From the IMG/VR virus record IMGVR_UViG_3300025401_000648: 64,000 nt of DNA. One strand, 5' to 3'. The notes below the pieces were generated by a model. That model had not been told where the DNA came from and searched no databases. It worked only from the letters and a program-made list of their open reading frames with translations. The stretch comes from a virus. Lineage: Duplodnaviria > Caudoviricetes. The translations under genes and the position numbers were made by a program. This document shows, in pieces, positions 62,872-64,000 of the stretch. Position 1 is the first letter of the stretch, and each line of letters begins with the position of its first letter.

Positions 62872-64000
62872 ATGGCAATTTATAAGATCAAAGCAGGACA
62901 GATTCCCACTGTCCAAGCATCCACCTATGTAGGCGTTGAAGGTACAATCTTTTATGATCATACCGGACTCCTGCGCCTAAGTGATGGAGTTACGCCCGGT
63001 GGTATTCCCATTTCAACCAGCGGCGGCGGCGGATCTGGCAACGGTTATACTGGTAGCCAAGGTAATATTGGATATACCAGTTCATCGGGATATACGGGTA
63101 GCCAAGGTTACAGCGGATCAATAGGGCCACAAGGGCCATTGGGGTTTACTGGTTATACAGGTAGTATTGGCGTACAAGGTTATAGTGGCAGTGCTGGCTA
63201 CAATGGGTCATTAGGGTTTACTGGCAGTGTTGGTTATACAGGTAGTGCTGGTTATAACGGATCAGTTGGCTATTATGGCAGTGTTGGTTATACAGGTAGT
63301 ATTGGCGCACAAGGTTATAATGGTAGTGCGGGCTATAATGGTAGTACTGGACCACAAGGCCCACAAGGTTATAACGGAAGTTTGGGATATACTGGTAGTA
63401 CTGGACCACAAGGCCCACAAGGTTATACTGGATCAATAGGTCCACAAGGTCCACAGGGCTATGCTGGCAGCGCCGGATTTTGGGGTTCAGTTGGATACAC
63501 TGGTTCGCAAGGACAAATTGGATTTGCTGGAAGTGTTGGGCCACAGGGGTATAGTGGTAGTAACGGATTTACAGGCAGTGCAGGCTATAATGGCAGTGTT
63601 GGCTATACCGGATCAGCTGGTTATTTTGGTTCAACTGGGTTTACTGGTAGTGCTGGATATAATGGTAGCGTGGGCTACACAGGTAGCCAAGGTTCGCAGG
63701 GATACAGCGGCAGCGCAGGTCCAGTTGGTGGTAGCAGTGGGCAAGTATTATATAATAGTAGTGGAGTTGCCACAGGCACAAATAGTTTAACATTTGATGG
63801 CAACAACGTAAGCCTAACAGGGAATTTGACAGTTAGCGGTAACATAACATTCAACGGCACTGCTACTACCATTGTCAGCACTAACACATACTATACAGAC
63901 AACATATTAGAATTACATGTGCCTCCAGGCGGGGTAAACAGCCAGTGGACTACAGATGATCTCAAAGATATAGGTTTTAGATTTAACTATTATACCAATA
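62872..64000 (+). CDS. Collagen-like tail fibre, 3'-truncated (missing from ORF track)
   Basis: MAIYKIKAG..YVGVEGTIFY..LRLSDGVTPGG then GYTGS repeats; frame open to the window end. Confidence 0.85.
   Translation, partial: MAIYKIKAGQIPTVQASTYVGVEGTIFYDHTGLLRLSDGVTPGGIPISTSGGGGSGNGYTGSQGNIGYTSSSGYTGSQGYSGSIGPQGPLGFTGYTGSIGVQGYSGSAGYNGSLGFTGSVGYTGSAGYNGSVGYYGSVGYTGSIGAQGYNGSAGYNGSTGPQGPQGYNGSLGYTGSTGPQGPQGYTGSIGPQGPQGYAGSAGFWGSVGYTGSQGQIGFAGSVGPQGYSGSNGFTGSAGYNGSVGYTGSAGYFGSTGFTGSAGYNGSVGYTGSQGSQGYSGSAGPVGGSSGQVLYNSSGVATGTNSLTFDGNNVSLTGNLTVSGNITFNGTATTIVSTNTYYTDNILELHVPPGGVNSQWTTDDLKDIGFRFNYYTN

Noticed and set aside
44070-63720. Many 60-160-aa alternate-frame and antisense ORFs in the track over GYTGS and Thr-rich genes
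   Set aside because: Shadow ORFs caused by repetitive codon structure; no RBS or promoter, and low-complexity translations.
1-64000. Stop-codon reassignment (alternative genetic code)
   Set aside because: Conserved genes (helicase, ligase, IF-1, ErpA) are intact in the standard code, and TAA, TAG and TGA all end genes at expected positions; no suppressor tRNA was seen.

Overview
The window is a gene-dense segment of a large T4-like or jumbo dsDNA bacteriophage genome read in the standard genetic code. No rRNA, CRISPR array, integrase or transposase was seen. (1) 1-11.9 kb: primase, DnaB/gp41-type helicase, YqgE/AlgH, a Pol-beta-like nucleotidyltransferase, and a tightly packed minus-strand operon (virion-type protein, PP-loop ATPase, P-loop/sulfotransferase-like protein, SAM methyltransferase, TctA, TctC-like protein). 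A 5'-nucleotidase and a 2OG-Fe(II) oxygenase follow. (2) 12-26 kb: an apparently GC-richer early/accessory region of small genes. At least 21 near-consensus sigma70 promoters with a shared leader precede them. It also holds two tRNAs (Asp-GTC, CAT/probably Ile2), two long structured ncRNA candidates, a repeat-rich non-coding gap and a tandem paralog array. (3) 26-64 kb: mostly late/structural genes (Gly-rich, collagen-like, Mtd_N, LamG and S8 protease proteins), interrupted by glycosyltransferase-like genes, a SleB-type hydrolase, an ErpA + ferritin-like + GATase + B12 radical SAM cluster, DNA ligase, IF-1 and an HNH nuclease. Many putative late genes have TAAATA only 4-7 nt before the ATG. 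All family calls come from motif recognition by eye; no database search was run. A proteobacterial host (ErpA, YqgE, Tct, sigma70) is an inference.
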